In this document: one piece after another, positions 17,873 to 29,085 of the stretch
Layout: each line of letters begins with the position of its first letter
Numbering within the stretch: position 1 is the stretch's first letter
Source: Succinivibrionaceae bacterium
Lineage (GTDB): Bacteria > Pseudomonadota > Gammaproteobacteria > Enterobacterales > Succinivibrionaceae
NCBI GenBank assembly: GCA_016284235.1
Contig: JAEEOK010000046.1
Location: 333 to 64,332, forward strand
Direction: 5' to 3'
DNA length: 64,000 nucleotides
The notes under the pieces: model-generated
Seen by the model: the letters and a program-made list of their open reading frames with translations, nothing else
The model's database searches: none
What the model was told of the DNA's origin: nothing
Made by a program: the position numbers and the translations under genes

Positions 17873-18406
17873 ATGCAGAACGTTAAGATACCAGTAACAA
17901 TAGATCCGATTAGAGCCGCCGCCAAAAAGCTGGATTACGAGGGGATTATATGCAAGTCAGATTTCTCCCGTCTGGCAGACATGGTTGACGGCATTGAGAA
18001 CGATATTGAGGTTCGGGTTTCCTTTTACAAGGATTTGAGCGGGCTTCACGTGTTTGAAGGGACGGCCAGAACGTCTGTTGTTATGACGTGTCAGCGGTGT
18101 CTGGAAAGTATGACCATTTCGCTTGACGCGAAATTCAAGTACTCTTCCGATGAGACGCTACTCAAGCAGTTGGAGCTGGAGGATGAGTTTGACTGTGCAG
18201 AACTAAATAGTTTTGGTGAGGTTCATCTCTATGATATAATTGAGGACGAACTGATATTGTCCCTGCCGCTTGTGGCCAAGCATCCGGAGGAGGTATGTCC
18301 CGCTGCCGGAAGAATCGGAACCGCGGGCGGTGATGATATTGAGCAGGATGAAGGTAACAACCCTTTTCGTGCTCTGGGAGATTTGATTAAGAGCAAAAAC
18401 AACTAG
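17873..18406 (+). CDS. yceD: YceD/DUF177 family protein (large ribosomal RNA accumulation protein)
   Basis: A 177-aa acidic protein with a CQRCLESM motif, immediately upstream of rpmF as in E. coli. Confidence 0.85.
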   Translation: MQNVKIPVTIDPIRAAAKKLDYEGIICKSDFSRLADMVDGIENDIEVRVSFYKDLSGLHVFEGTARTSVVMTCQRCLESMTISLDAKFKYSSDETLLKQLELEDEFDCAELNSFGEVHLYDIIEDELILSLPLVAKHPEEVCPAAGRIGTAGGDDIEQDEGNNPFRALGDLIKSKNN

Positions 18407-18416
18407 GAGAAAGGCA

Positions 18417-18635
18417 ATGGCCGTTCAACAGAATCATACTTCACGTTCCAAGCGCGGAATGCGTCGTTCTCACGACGCCCTGACTGCTGCAAACCTGTCA
18501 GTAGATCCAACTTCAAAGGAAGTTCATATGCGTCACTGTGTTACCGCAGACGGTTACTACCGCGGTAAGAAAGTGATTCAGAAGAATACTGCTGAAGAAC
18601 AGGAAGCTGAAGTTAACGAAAATACCGAAGCTTAA
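18417..18635 (+). CDS. rpmF: 50S ribosomal protein L32 with an acidic C-terminal extension
   Basis: The [23 protein letters not shown]-terminus is diagnostic of L32. At 72 aa it is longer than the usual 57 aa or so. Confidence 0.95.
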   Translation: MAVQQNHTSRSKRGMRRSHDALTAANLSVDPTSKEVHMRHCVTADGYYRGKKVIQKNTAEEQEAEVNENTEA

Positions 18636-18636
18636 A

Positions 18637-19656
18637 GTGAGTTTTTCAGATAGAGATCTTGTAGTCGCTTTAGATCTCATGGGCGGAGATTTCGGTCCGT
18701 CCCTGACTGTGCCTGCTGCAAAGCAGGCATTATTAATTTCAGAATCTTTAAAACTTATTCTTGTGGGTGTGGAGAGTGAATGCGAGGCTGAAATGCGTCG
18801 CTGCCGTCTCGACTCTCATGAGAGGGTTGAATTCATATCCGCGGAAAGCAAGATTCCTTCAGACTGTCCCGTTGCCTATGCCCTGAGACACTCCGGGGGC
18901 ACATCGATGCGCATAGCACTCGAGCAGGTGAGTGAAGGAAGGGCGGGGAGCTGTGTCAGCGCAGGCAATACCGGAGCCCTGATGGCCATCGCCAGTCATG
19001 TCATCCATAAAATTCCTAATATCGATCGTCCGGCTCTTGCCGCTTTTGTTCCAAGCGATGCAAAGGAGGACGGGTTTTCCCTGATGCTGGATCTGGGCGC
19101 GAATGTATGCTGCAGTCCGGAAAATCTTGTGCAGTTTGCCTGCATGGGTGCAAGAGAGTACCAGATTGTGATGAACACGGCCAGACGTCCCAGGGTAGCT
19201 CTGCTTAATGTGGGTGTTGAACACAATAAAGGCAACGAATGTATCAAAAAAGCAAGCGATTTGCTTCAATTTGTGGAATTCATAGATTTTATAGGTTATA
19301 TTGAGGGCGACTCTCTTTTTAACAGTTGCGCCGATGTGATAGTATGCGACGGGTTTGCCGGAAACATTGCTCTCAAAACGTCAGAGGGACTTGTAAGGCT
19401 TATCAGATCCAAGGCGTCAGGAAGCATGACAGGGTTCTGGAGTCTTCTCAAGCTTCCGCTTGCCTTGTTTGTGAAAAGCAAAATGAAAACACTGTTGCCG
19501 GATACCTACAACGGTGCAAGTCTTCTCGGACTGCAGGGCGTGGTGATCAAGAGTCACGGCTCGGCCAGAAAACAGGCCACCGTTAACGCTCTGATTCGGG
19601 CGATGCACGAGGCGGAGGCTGGACTTCCGCGTAATTTGTCGAATTTATTGAGTTGA
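18637..19656 (+). CDS. plsX: Phosphate acyltransferase PlsX
   Basis: Contains [20 protein letters not shown] and [16 protein letters not shown] motifs. It follows rpmF and has a GTG start. Confidence 0.9.
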   Translation: MSFSDRDLVVALDLMGGDFGPSLTVPAAKQALLISESLKLILVGVESECEAEMRRCRLDSHERVEFISAESKIPSDCPVAYALRHSGGTSMRIALEQVSEGRAGSCVSAGNTGALMAIASHVIHKIPNIDRPALAAFVPSDAKEDGFSLMLDLGANVCCSPENLVQFACMGAREYQIVMNTARRPRVALLNVGVEHNKGNECIKKASDLLQFVEFIDFIGYIEGDSLFNSCADVIVCDGFAGNIALKTSEGLVRLIRSKASGSMTGFWSLLKLPLALFVKSKMKTLLPDTYNGASLLGLQGVVIKSHGSARKQATVNALIRAMHEAEAGLPRNLSNLLS

Positions 19657-19670
19657 AAACAGGCTGTAGG

Positions 19671-20627
19671 ATGTATAGTAAGATATTGGGTACCGGCAGT
19701 TATCTTCCGGTTAAAGTAAGAAATAATGCTGATCTGGAAAAAATGGTGGATACATCCGATGAATGGATCACCAAGCGTACCGGCATCAAGGAAAGACATA
19801 TAGCGGGTGAAGGTGAAACCGTGGAATATATGGCGCTTGAGGCCTCTAAGCGTGCTCTTGAGGCTGCGCAGGTTTCACCGGAGGAGATAGATCTGATTCT
19901 TGTAGGTACATCGTCATCCTCCCATGCCTTCCCGTCAACAGCAAACTATGTTCAGCACAATCTCGGCTGCAGGACGGTTCCCGCCATGGATGTGTCGGCG
20001 GCGTGTTCCGGTTTTGTCTACGTCATGGATATTGCGAATCAGTACATTAAAAGCGGAGCCTGTCGCAAGGTGCTGATTATCGGTGCGGATATTATATCAA
20101 ACGCCTGTGATCAGACTGATCGCACCACGATTGTTCTTTTCGGAGACGGTGCGGGGGCCGCGGTTGTGGGAGCTTCGGAGGAGGAGGGAATAATTCTGTC
20201 CCATCTTCATTCCGACGGAAGCTACGGCGAACTGCTATCACTTCCATACATTAATACCCAGGATCCTGCACAGGAGAACCGCTATCTTTATATGAAGGGC
20301 AACGAGGTTTTCAAGGTGGCTGTCAATACACTGAGTCATCTGGTAACAGATACCTTTGAGCTTGCAGGTATAGACAAGAGCCAGCTGGACTGGCTTGTTC
20401 CGCACCAGGCTAATCTGAGAATCATCAAGGCTACGGCCGACAAGCTCGGTCTGAGCATGGATCAGGTCATCATCACTCTTGATCGTCACGGCAACACCTC
20501 GGCTGCATCCGTGCCTCTGGCTCTGGATGAGGGTGTCAGATCCGGCAGGATCAAAAGAGGCCAGCTGATTCTGCTTGAGGCCTTCGGCGGCGGCTTTACC
20601 TGGGGTTCGGCTCTTATTCGCTACTAG
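19671..20627 (+). CDS. fabH: 3-oxoacyl-ACP synthase III
   Basis: Shows the [13 protein letters not shown] start, the active-site context AACSGFVY, and [17 protein letters not shown]. Confidence 0.95.
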   Translation: MYSKILGTGSYLPVKVRNNADLEKMVDTSDEWITKRTGIKERHIAGEGETVEYMALEASKRALEAAQVSPEEIDLILVGTSSSSHAFPSTANYVQHNLGCRTVPAMDVSAACSGFVYVMDIANQYIKSGACRKVLIIGADIISNACDQTDRTTIVLFGDGAGAAVVGASEEEGIILSHLHSDGSYGELLSLPYINTQDPAQENRYLYMKGNEVFKVAVNTLSHLVTDTFELAGIDKSQLDWLVPHQANLRIIKATADKLGLSMDQVIITLDRHGNTSAASVPLALDEGVRSGRIKRGQLILLEAFGGGFTWGSALIRY

Positions 20628-20682
20628 TTTTATCGGATGCTGCCGGATCCCGGCAGCCGGTTAATTTTCGGGAGAATTTAAA

Positions 20683-21618
20683 ATGTCTTGTTTTTCTGTT
20701 GTGTTTCCTGGTCAGGGTTCTCAAAGTGTAGGAATGCTTTCCGATCTGTTTAATGCTTATCCTCTAGTTTCTGATATTTATCAGGAAGCCAGTGATACTC
20801 TCGGCTACGATATGGCCAAACTTATAAATGCAGGTCCTGAGGAAGAACTCAATATGACCAGCCGCACCCAGCCGGCTCTTCTGACAGCGTCATTTGCGGT
20901 ATGGAGGGTATGGACATTTCTTCAGGGTCAGATGCCTTCATACATGGCAGGTCATTCTCTTGGCGAGTATTCAGCACTTGTCTGCTCCGGTGCCATGACC
21001 TTCCGTGACGGACTCAGACTTGTGGAGACCAGAGGACGTCTTATGCAGGAGGCTGTTCCGTCAGGAGTTGGTGCAATGGCGGCGGTTCTCGGTCTTGACA
21101 ATGATGTGGTGGCCGCAGGATGTCAGGAGGCTGCAGGTGATCAGGTTGTCTCTCCTGTTAATTACAATGCCATCGGCCAGGTTGTTATTGCCGGTCACAA
21201 GGAGGCTGTGGAAAGAGCTTCGGCCATTTTAAAGGAAAAGGGTGCAAAGAAGATTGTACCTCTTTCAGTTTCTGTTCCTTCCCACTGCATTCTCATGAAG
21301 TCAGCCTCGGAGAAGCTTGCGGAGGTTCTGGAGTCTGTTGAGATTGCATCCCCTGTGATCCCTGTATTCAACAATGTGGATGTTAAGTGCGAAGAGGATC
21401 CGGCAAAAATCAAGGATGCGCTGGTTCGTCAGCTGTACTGCCCGGTAAGATGGACTGATATTGTTGTTGCCATGGCTGACGCCGGTGTAGAGAGTCAGCT
21501 GGAAATGGGTCCGGGCAAGGTTCTTACAGGAACCGTAAAGCGCATAGACAAGCGTATTGAGGGTGTCAGCGTCAATACTCCTGCAACAATTCAGGAATTA
21601 ATCGGAATTAAGGGATAA
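20683..21618 (+). CDS. fabD: Malonyl-CoA:ACP transacylase
   Basis: Contains FPGQGSQSVGM and GHSLGEYSALV motifs. Confidence 0.95.
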   Translation: MSCFSVVFPGQGSQSVGMLSDLFNAYPLVSDIYQEASDTLGYDMAKLINAGPEEELNMTSRTQPALLTASFAVWRVWTFLQGQMPSYMAGHSLGEYSALVCSGAMTFRDGLRLVETRGRLMQEAVPSGVGAMAAVLGLDNDVVAAGCQEAAGDQVVSPVNYNAIGQVVIAGHKEAVERASAILKEKGAKKIVPLSVSVPSHCILMKSASEKLAEVLESVEIASPVIPVFNNVDVKCEEDPAKIKDALVRQLYCPVRWTDIVVAMADAGVESQLEMGPGKVLTGTVKRIDKRIEGVSVNTPATIQELIGIKG

Positions 21619-21620
21619 AA

Positions 21621-22355
21621 ATGAGTTTTGAAAACAGGGTTGTTCTTGTAACAGGTGCAAGCCGCGGTATCGGAAAGGCGGTTGCTATGGCATTTGCCGC
21701 AAAGGGTGCAAAGGTTGTTGGAACCGCAACGTCTCAGAAGGGTGCGGACGGGATCAGCGAGTATCTTGGGGATGCAGGCACCGGTCTTGTTCTTAATGTA
21801 ACCGATCAGGCATCTGTGGATGCAGCCATGGCGGCGGTAAAGGAAAAATACGGTGATGTGGATATCCTTGTGAACAATGCGGGTATTACAAAGGACAATA
21901 TCTTCATGCGCATGAAGGATGAGGAATGGGATGCTGTGATTGCAACCAATCTTACCTCCGTCTACCGTCTTTCAAAGGCTGTTGTAAGATCCATGATGAA
22001 GAAGAAATTCGGACGCATCATTTCCATAAGTTCCGTAGTAGGCAAGGCAGGCAATCCGGGTCAGACCAACTACAGCGCTTCAAAGGCGGGCATTATCGGT
22101 TTTACCAGATCACTTGCCCGTGAGGTTGCTTCAAGAGGAATTACCGTTAATGCTGTTGCTCCCGGCTTTATTGCAACTGACATGACAGATGCACTCTCTG
22201 ACGAGGTTAAAAGCGGCATTCTTTCAACAGTTCCTGCAGGCAGACTCGGATCTCCCGAGGATATTGCCGCAGCTGTTTTGTTCCTTGCTGACGATGCAGC
22301 CGGCTACATTACAGGTGAAACAATCAATGTCAACGGCGGAATGCTGATGGATTAG
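21621..22355 (+). CDS. fabG: 3-oxoacyl-ACP reductase
   Basis: An SDR with VTGASRGIGKA, NNAGIT and YSASKAG motifs, in the position after fabD. Confidence 0.95.
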   Translation: MSFENRVVLVTGASRGIGKAVAMAFAAKGAKVVGTATSQKGADGISEYLGDAGTGLVLNVTDQASVDAAMAAVKEKYGDVDILVNNAGITKDNIFMRMKDEEWDAVIATNLTSVYRLSKAVVRSMMKKKFGRIISISSVVGKAGNPGQTNYSASKAGIIGFTRSLAREVASRGITVNAVAPGFIATDMTDALSDEVKSGILSTVPAGRLGSPEDIAAAVLFLADDAAGYITGETINVNGGMLMD

Positions 22356-22569
22356 TGCTTTTGAGAGTCCCGGCATTTGATGCAGTCAGTCTGTTTATTG
22401 CTCGATCTGACTGCCATATGTGTTCTTTATCGCATAAATGCTAAGCGGTGCATCATTTTGAAAAAAAATGACTATAAATAAAAGCTGTATCAATATATAA
22501 TTGAAGTATAAATAAATCTTTAGGGATCTGTTTTTTTTGGCAATAGTGCTATATTAAGGAAGTTAAATC

Positions 22570-22806
22570 ATGAGTGATATCGTAGAACAGGTAAAATCTA
22601 TTGTGGCTGAACATCTTGATCGTGATAAGGATGGCATTGAGCTGAACTCATCATTTGTTGATGATCTTGGTGCAGACTCTCTGGACGCAGTAGAACTGAT
22701 CATGCGTCTCGAGGAAGAGTTCGGCATTGACATTCCTGATGAGGATGCTGAGAAGATTACCACTGTTAAAGCTGCTGTTGACTATATTGAGGCTCAGAAG
22801 AAGTAA
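22570..22806 (+). CDS. acpP: Acyl carrier protein
   Basis: A 78-aa acidic protein with the DLGADSLD phosphopantetheine attachment motif. Confidence 0.97.
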   Translation: MSDIVEQVKSIVAEHLDRDKDGIELNSSFVDDLGADSLDAVELIMRLEEEFGIDIPDEDAEKITTVKAAVDYIEAQKK

Positions 22807-22930
22807 TTCGGCTTCTCTAGAATAAAATGATTTTTTTCAGGGCGGCTTTTTGTCGCTCTGTTTGTTTGAAGGTTTTATCTGATTGCCGCGAATCATGCGA
22901 TCAGTAATTAATTTTTAAAAGTAGAGATTT

Positions 22931-24190
22931 ATGGAGGGTGCTTTGTCCAAGCGCAGAGTTGTAGTTACCGGTATCGGTATTCTTTGCCCTGTAGGTCTGA
23001 ATCTTGAGGAATCGTGGAAGAATATTCTCGCAGGTGTGAGCGGTATTGTTCCAATAACTGATTACGACACCACCGATTTTTCAAGCAAGATTGCAGGTTT
23101 AGTAAAAAATTTCGATTCTTCAGCCTATGGCATCAGCAACAAGGATGCCAGAAAGATGGATATGTTCATACAGTATGCCGTTGCAGCTGCAAGCCAGGCT
23201 CTCAATGATGCAGATCTGCATCCTGAGGGAGAAGAGGCAGAGCGTTGCGGAACCTCCATCGGTGCCGGCATCGGCGGTCTGGGTACTATCAGTGTGAATC
23301 ACGAGAATTACTTCAAGAGCGGCTGCCGCAAGATTTCTCCGTTTTTTATTCCGGCTTCCATCATCAATATGGCAGCAGGTCATGTTTCAATTCTTAACAA
23401 TCTGCGCGGACCAAGCATCGCATGTGCAACAGCATGCTCGACCGGCACACATTCCATCGGTCTTGCAGGACGCATGATCCAGAATGGTGATGCTGATGTA
23501 ATGATCTGCGGCGGTACTGAGAAGGCTTCAGTTCCTATGGGTATCGGAGGCTTCTGTGCACTCAAGGCCCTTTCCACAAGAAATGACGAGCCTGAGAAGG
23601 CCAGCCGTCCGTGGGATGTGGATCGTGACGGTTTTGTTCTCGGTGACGGTGCCGGCATTATGGTTCTCGAAGAACTTGAGCATGCCAAGGCTCGCGGTGC
23701 CAAGATTTATGCAGAATTCGCCGGTTTCGGCATGAGTTCTGATGCGCATCATATGACAGCACCTCCTGATGACGGTGCAGGTGCAGCTCTTTCCATGAAG
23801 AATGCGATAAAGGATGCGGGAATAACTCCTGATCAGGTTCAGTATATCAACGCTCACGGAACTTCAACTCATCTTGGTGATCTTGCCGAGATCAGAGCTG
23901 TAAGATCTGTGTTCGGTGACAGTGCAACCAAAGTTATGGTTAACTCCACCAAGTCCATGACCGGTCACCTCCTTGGTGCCGCCGGTGCAATCGAAGCAAT
24001 CTTTTCAGTTATGTGTATTCATGACGGAATGGTTCCTCCGACAATCAATGTGGATAATGTGGAGCCTGAATGCGCTGATATGGATTTGTGCCGTGAAGGT
24101 GCCCGCAAGGCTGATGTTGAATATGCGCTTTCAAATTCCTTCGGCTTCGGCGGAACCAACGGATCAATTCTTTTCAAGAAGTACCGTTAA
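22931..24190 (+). CDS. fabF: 3-oxoacyl-ACP synthase II
   Basis: Contains RRVVVTGIG, the [12 protein letters not shown] active-site Cys, [11 protein letters not shown], and the [18 protein letters not shown]-terminus. Confidence 0.95.
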   Translation: MEGALSKRRVVVTGIGILCPVGLNLEESWKNILAGVSGIVPITDYDTTDFSSKIAGLVKNFDSSAYGISNKDARKMDMFIQYAVAAASQALNDADLHPEGEEAERCGTSIGAGIGGLGTISVNHENYFKSGCRKISPFFIPASIINMAAGHVSILNNLRGPSIACATACSTGTHSIGLAGRMIQNGDADVMICGGTEKASVPMGIGGFCALKALSTRNDEPEKASRPWDVDRDGFVLGDGAGIMVLEELEHAKARGAKIYAEFAGFGMSSDAHHMTAPPDDGAGAALSMKNAIKDAGITPDQVQYINAHGTSTHLGDLAEIRAVRSVFGDSATKVMVNSTKSMTGHLLGAAGAIEAIFSVMCIHDGMVPPTINVDNVEPECADMDLCREGARKADVEYALSNSFGFGGTNGSILFKKYR

Positions 24191-24217
24191 TTACTTTTAA
24201 AAATCATTTAAATAATC

Positions 24218-24246
24218 GGCATGTCTTTCGGGATGTGCCTTTTTTT
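24218..24246 (+). terminator. Probable terminator after fabF
   Basis: A GGCATGTC/GGATGTGCC imperfect hairpin (two wobble pairs) followed by TTTTTTT. Confidence 0.5.
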
Positions 24247-24417
24247 GTGCGTGTGCGGCGGATCTGCTGATTTGAACCTGAAGCTGACTTTCCGCTGTTT
24301 CAGTTTTGCCTGCAGATCTGTCCGGCGGTTTCCCTGTTTTTTATCAGCAGATTCGGCTCTGTCTATTTTTTTTATTCGAGGATCTAGTAAAATTAGGTTA
24401 TTCGGATCGATAATAAA

Positions 24418-25656
24418 ATGATTTCATTTATAAAGTATTTTTCTCTGCTTGTTTTACTTCTTGCCGCGCTAGCGGCAGGCGCTTTTTTTTATATTTCCGA
24501 CAGGATCCGCTCCATTGATGAATCAGCCCTGCGGAAAGGAACTCAAATATATACTGTCGCCCACGGTGCAACTCCTCTGTCTGTGGCGATGGATCTTTCC
24601 GAAGCCGGCGAGGACAGACTGTTTTACCGTTTATGGTTCAAGCTCAATCCCGAATATACATCTTTAAAAGCAGGAACCTATTCTCTTGAGAAGGCCCGAA
24701 ATCTCAGGGATGCTTTTGCCATAATCTGCGAGGGCAGGGAGCTTTCATACTATTTTCCTGTGATTGAAGGTACCAGGTTTGAGCAGATTACCGCAAGAAT
24801 GAAGCAGGATCCGAATATTGCCTATGATCTGGATGAAGCGGATATTAAGAGTATTTTCACCTTCAATCCCGAAAATCCCGAGGGACAGCTTTATGCTGAA
24901 TCATACAGATATACCGTTGGTGACAGGGCTAGTGATATCCTTAAACGATCTTTTGCCGATCTTGAAAAATATCTTAATCTGTCCTGGGAGGACAGAGCTG
25001 CCGATCTTCCTCTTAAAAATCCGTATGAGGCCCTTATTCTTGCATCCATAGTGGAGAAGGAAACTGCCAGCAGGGCGGAATATCCGCTGGTGGCGGCTGT
25101 TTTTATCAACAGACTCAACCGTCACATGAAACTGCAGTCCGATCCCACCACCATATACGGCATCAAAGATCGCTATGACGGAAATATCAGAAAGCGTGAT
25201 CTGCAGGATGTAAATGAGTACAATACCTATGTGATTGACGGACTGCCTCCGACACCGATAGCTGTTGCATCAAAACCGGCAATCGAGGCGGTGCTGCATC
25301 CGGCTGATGTTGATTATCTTTATTTTGTAGCTGACGGCACAGGCGGTCACAGGTTCAGCAGGACTCTTTCTGAGCACAACAGGGCGGTGGCGGATTATGT
25401 GAAGCTTCAGCGCGAAAGAAAAAAGGCTTCGGTTCAGCAGACAGAGCAGATACAGAGAAAGTCTCAGGACGGATCCGCTGACGGGGATAAAAACAGCGCA
25501 GCCGGTGACGGTGATGTACAGGATCCCGGGACTGCGTCAGAAGCCGTAAAGATCGAAGGTCCGGACCGTTCCGGTTCGAAAAAGCATGCATCTGCAAATT
25601 CACGCAGGAATTCATCCGGCAGAAACCGTTCAGGACGCCGTCACGGCAGAAACTGA
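24418..25656 (+). CDS. mltG: Endolytic murein transglycosylase MltG (YceG-like) with a basic low-complexity C-terminal tail
   Basis: An N-terminal TM helix, the LILASIVEKETA motif and a YNTY..GLPPTPIA motif. It has roughly 70 extra C-terminal residues rich in R/S/G/K. Confidence 0.9.
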   Translation: MISFIKYFSLLVLLLAALAAGAFFYISDRIRSIDESALRKGTQIYTVAHGATPLSVAMDLSEAGEDRLFYRLWFKLNPEYTSLKAGTYSLEKARNLRDAFAIICEGRELSYYFPVIEGTRFEQITARMKQDPNIAYDLDEADIKSIFTFNPENPEGQLYAESYRYTVGDRASDILKRSFADLEKYLNLSWEDRAADLPLKNPYEALILASIVEKETASRAEYPLVAAVFINRLNRHMKLQSDPTTIYGIKDRYDGNIRKRDLQDVNEYNTYVIDGLPPTPIAVASKPAIEAVLHPADVDYLYFVADGTGGHRFSRTLSEHNRAVADYVKLQRERKKASVQQTEQIQRKSQDGSADGDKNSAAGDGDVQDPGTASEAVKIEGPDRSGSKKHASANSRRNSSGRNRSGRRHGRN

Positions 25657-25675
25657 TTAATCGACAGGAAAAAAA

Positions 25676-26308
25676 ATGACCAGAGGCTGTTTTATTGTTG
25701 TGGAAGGACTTGAGGGTTCAGGCAAGTCGACGTGCATAAGCACCATCAGACGCGTACTTGAATCAAAGGGGATCACGGATATAGTTTACACCAGAGAGCC
25801 CGGAGGCACATCTCTTGCCGAAAAACTCAGAAGCATACTGCTTGATCCGGGTGAATCCATCACCCCGGGGGCGGAGCTTCTGATGATGTACGCCTCACGT
25901 GTGCAGCTTGTAGAAACGGTGATAAAACCTGCTGTTGAGCGAGGCGCATTTGTGATCGGCGACCGTCATGATCTTTCATCAGTTGCATACCAGGGCGGCG
26001 GACGCTGCATGGATATGAATATGATCAAGAATATAAAAAAATCAGTCCTCGGGGATTTTAAACCTGATCTGACGGTTCTTCTTGATATAGATCCGCTTGA
26101 AGGACTTTCCCGGGTGGACAGCCGGGGGCTTGGAAGGGATCGCTTCGAGCAGGAGAAGAGGGATTTTTTTCAGCGTGTACGCACCGCATACCTTAATGAA
26201 GCCGCCGCAGACAGTTCCATCAGGGTGATAGATGCATCCCGATCCCTGGAGACAGTTACTTCAGATGTCATATCAGCAGTGGAAAGTTATTTATGTTCCC
26301 GTGGTTAA
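25676..26308 (+). CDS. tmk: Thymidylate kinase
   Basis: Contains the FIVVEGLEGSGKST P-loop, TREPGGT and DRHDLSSVAYQG motifs. Confidence 0.95.
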   Translation: MTRGCFIVVEGLEGSGKSTCISTIRRVLESKGITDIVYTREPGGTSLAEKLRSILLDPGESITPGAELLMMYASRVQLVETVIKPAVERGAFVIGDRHDLSSVAYQGGGRCMDMNMIKNIKKSVLGDFKPDLTVLLDIDPLEGLSRVDSRGLGRDRFEQEKRDFFQRVRTAYLNEAAADSSIRVIDASRSLETVTSDVISAVESYLCSRG

Positions 26309-27348
26309 AGGAATCCTGGTTCAAGTTAAGAGAGGTTCTGATAGGAAACAGACCTCCGCACGCCGTGCTCCTGTACGGAGGTGACGGTCTGGGCAAGAAG
26401 GAGATAGCTCTTGAACTTGGAAGACTGTTTTTGTGTGAAAATCCGTCACTGTCCGGATATTGCGGATCGTGCCATTCCTGCAATCTGAGTCTTTCCGGCA
26501 ATCATCCGGATTATTACCATGTCAGCGCACCGGCCAGAACGAAGATTGGAATAGATGCCGTCAGAGACATAATTTCGTTTGTTGCACTTACTCCAAAGCT
26601 TGATATCGGAAAAGCGGTAATTATAGAGAATGCGGAAATGCTCACCCTTGAGGCGGCAAATGCTGTTCTTAAGGTTCTCGAGGAGCCTCAGGGCAGAACC
26701 ATGTTTATTCTTACCGCCGACAACCCTGATCTCCTTCTTCCCACGGTCCGCAGCAGGTGTGTCTCCTTTAAGATCCCGTGTCCTGAGTTTAATGAGGCAA
26801 AGGACTGGATTTACAGCCAGCTTTCCGGCAGGCACTGTACTGTTACCGAGGAAATCTACCGGATTAACCGTCAGTCGCCTGTTGAGACCGTAAGATTTAT
26901 CATGAACGGCTATGATGAACTGTTTAACCGTCTTACCCTGGCTTTTGCCCAGATTATGCAGGAGCCAGCCAGAGTATCCCAGCTTATTGATCTCATGACT
27001 GAAATATCTGTAAAAATTCAGACCGACGAAGCTGCGCGCAGTGAGCATTCTGCAGATGAAAAGACTTCTAAAAAAAACGCCTGCAGACTTTCTCTGTCTG
27101 ATGTCTACGGCTGGATCTACTATATGCTTGAAGATATCATGCGCTACCGGGTCACCGGATCCTACGGCGGCAATCTTATACTGAAGAATACAAGAATGCT
27201 TTCCTTCTTTGATCATATTTCAGTTGAATGTCTGGATCGCAGCGTCAGCCGGTTGCTTGATATGGTCCGCAGAGAACGGGCCATGGTAAATTCCTGGGCG
27301 GCGCTGGAACTTGCCGCATTTTTTAATGAACTGATTAAAGGGTTTTAA
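26293..27348 (+). CDS. holB: DNA polymerase III delta-prime subunit
   Basis: Starts with a PWL..W motif, then HAVLLYGGDGLGK, a C..C zinc-like module and LKVLEEP. It is located between tmk and ycfH. Confidence 0.85.
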   Translation: MFPWLKESWFKLREVLIGNRPPHAVLLYGGDGLGKKEIALELGRLFLCENPSLSGYCGSCHSCNLSLSGNHPDYYHVSAPARTKIGIDAVRDIISFVALTPKLDIGKAVIIENAEMLTLEAANAVLKVLEEPQGRTMFILTADNPDLLLPTVRSRCVSFKIPCPEFNEAKDWIYSQLSGRHCTVTEEIYRINRQSPVETVRFIMNGYDELFNRLTLAFAQIMQEPARVSQLIDLMTEISVKIQTDEAARSEHSADEKTSKKNACRLSLSDVYGWIYYMLEDIMRYRVTGSYGGNLILKNTRMLSFFDHISVECLDRSVSRLLDMVRRERAMVNSWAALELAAFFNELIKGF

Positions 27349-27349
27349 T

Positions 27350-28132
27350 ATGTTTCTTGTTGATTCGCACTGTCATCTCGGAGATTTGAAATTCGGCGAC
27401 AGCGAGATTTCCGTTGATGATGCAATGCATAATGCAGAGCTTGCTGGCGTGACGCATATGCTGTGTGTCTGTACTGATCTGCCTTCATTTCCGGCAATGT
27501 ATGAAAAGATCCGCGGGTTTGACAATGTATATGCCTCGGTGGGTATTCATCCTCTTAATATCAGCGAGCCGTGGAGCGAGGATGAGTTCTTTGAATATGC
27601 ATCCCGTGACAGAGTTATTGCCGTAGGTGAAATAGGACTGGATTATTATTATGAGTCTGAAAGCGCCGGGATCCAGAAGAGTATTTTTTCAAAGCAGCTT
27701 GAATATGCCCTCCGCCTGAAAAAGCCTGTTATTATTCATTCCAGAAATGCCCCCGATGACACCTGGAGCGTGCTTACATCATCAGATCCGGAGAAGAACC
27801 TGACAGGTATTTTTCACTGCTATGCGGACAGTCTGGAAAATGCCAGAAGAGTTCTTGATCGCGGCTTTTACATTTCGGTTTCAGGCATAGTTACATTTGG
27901 AAAGGCTGAGAATATAAGGGAGCTGGCCAGATTTGTTCCCCTTGATCGCCTGCTTGTTGAGACTGACAGTCCGTATCTTGCTCCTGTTCCGTATCGCGGC
28001 AAACCTAATCAGCCGGCATATGTGGAGAAGGTGGCGCACGCCGTGGCCGCGGTCAAGGGTGTTGATTATGAGGAACTGTGCGGCAGAACCTCTGAAAACT
28101 TCGAACGTCTTTTCAGAATAAAATTAAAGTAG
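27350..28132 (+). CDS. ycfH: TatD-family metal-dependent hydrolase (YcfH)
   Basis: Starts MFLVDSHCHL, and contains GEIGLDYYY and ETDSPYLAPVPYRGK motifs. Confidence 0.9.
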   Translation: MFLVDSHCHLGDLKFGDSEISVDDAMHNAELAGVTHMLCVCTDLPSFPAMYEKIRGFDNVYASVGIHPLNISEPWSEDEFFEYASRDRVIAVGEIGLDYYYESESAGIQKSIFSKQLEYALRLKKPVIIHSRNAPDDTWSVLTSSDPEKNLTGIFHCYADSLENARRVLDRGFYISVSGIVTFGKAENIRELARFVPLDRLLVETDSPYLAPVPYRGKPNQPAYVEKVAHAVAAVKGVDYEELCGRTSENFERLFRIKLK

Positions 28133-28481
28133 ATCGCTGACGGAGGCGGACTGATTAGTAAAACGGCGGTTTCTTAAGCCTGTATCTTAAGGGGAGGAAC
28201 GTGCATGATCGCGGCGGAGCACGGTCAGGCGCAGAGTATTAACAGGTGTTGTGAATAACTTGTTACTTGTTTCCTCTCTTCCGTTTCATTCCCCTGCTTT
28301 GATGTTTAATGATTTTGCCTGTCAATAAAACTGATGCCGGAGATTTCTGAATTCAGGCCTGACGGCAGATATAGAAAACCGGTGCCGGCGGGGAAAACTG
28401 TATGCTGTATACTCGAAATTTTTTGTTTTGGTTAATAATTACGCATACAGTAAGTTTTTTGCTAAAAAACTTAAAAAAAAC

Positions 28482-28510
28482 TTTTACAAAACAGTCACTT
28501 TGTTTATAAT
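28482..28510 (+). promoter_or_regulatory. Sigma-70-type promoter for the tRNA gene
   Basis: TTTACA (28482..28487), a 17-nt spacer, then TATAAT (28505..28510). It is preceded by an A-rich UP-like tract and lies about 25 nt upstream of the tRNA 5' end. Confidence 0.6.
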
Positions 28511-28535
28511 AACAAACGTTCCGACAATGTCTCTT

Positions 28536-28611
28536 ATTCCCATCGTCTAGAGGCCTAGGACGACACCCTCTCAAGGTGTAGACACGGGTTCGACTCCCGT
28601 TGGGAATGCCA
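28536..28611 (+). tRNA. tRNA-Glu (anticodon CUC)
   Basis: A manually folded cloverleaf. The acceptor is ATTCCCA/TGGGAAT. The D-arm TCGTCTAGAGGCCTAGGAC is typical of tRNA-Glu. The anticodon stem is ACACC/GGTGT with loop CTCTCAA. The T-arm is ACGGG-TTCGACT-CCCGT. The discriminator is G and CCA is encoded. Confidence 0.85.
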
Positions 28612-29085
28612 GTTAATCATCTTCTTTTTTTCTTTTAGTTTCAGTTATATCTTTCAGTTTAATTGTTCTTATCTGTTTCACAAAATGCCGAAGGGCAGCT
28701 GTGCGTCCGGTTGTTCCCGGCTGGTGATTGCATTATGCTGTTCCGCCTGTTCTTAATATTGCGGGAGTGACATACATACTGCACAATATAAACTCCGGAT
28801 TTTACCGCCCGATCTAATGAATATTTGTTTTATTAAAGGAGGTTAATGCCTTAATTTCCTGCAAATTGCATCGTACATGAAATTATTTTGCGTATTTTAA
28901 GAATTGCGGTATTTATTTTTTTATTGATGTTTTAAGGTGGAAGTTCTATAATACGAACGTTTAAGTTTATGGATTATATATATATATTTCAGAGACTTGA
29001 AGAGACACAGAGTTTGAATTTGTTGTCAAATTTCTGTTGAGCGTTTTTTTTATTCTTCCATATTTGAAGGTTGGTAGGGTATTCT

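Noticed and set aside
26446-27216. 256-aa ORF on the minus strand
   Set aside because: It is antisense to holB. It has no recognisable motifs and no plausible start context.
28975-28987. (TA)n microsatellite
   Set aside because: It is only about 6 units in a non-coding AT-rich stretch and has no evident link to a promoter spacer.
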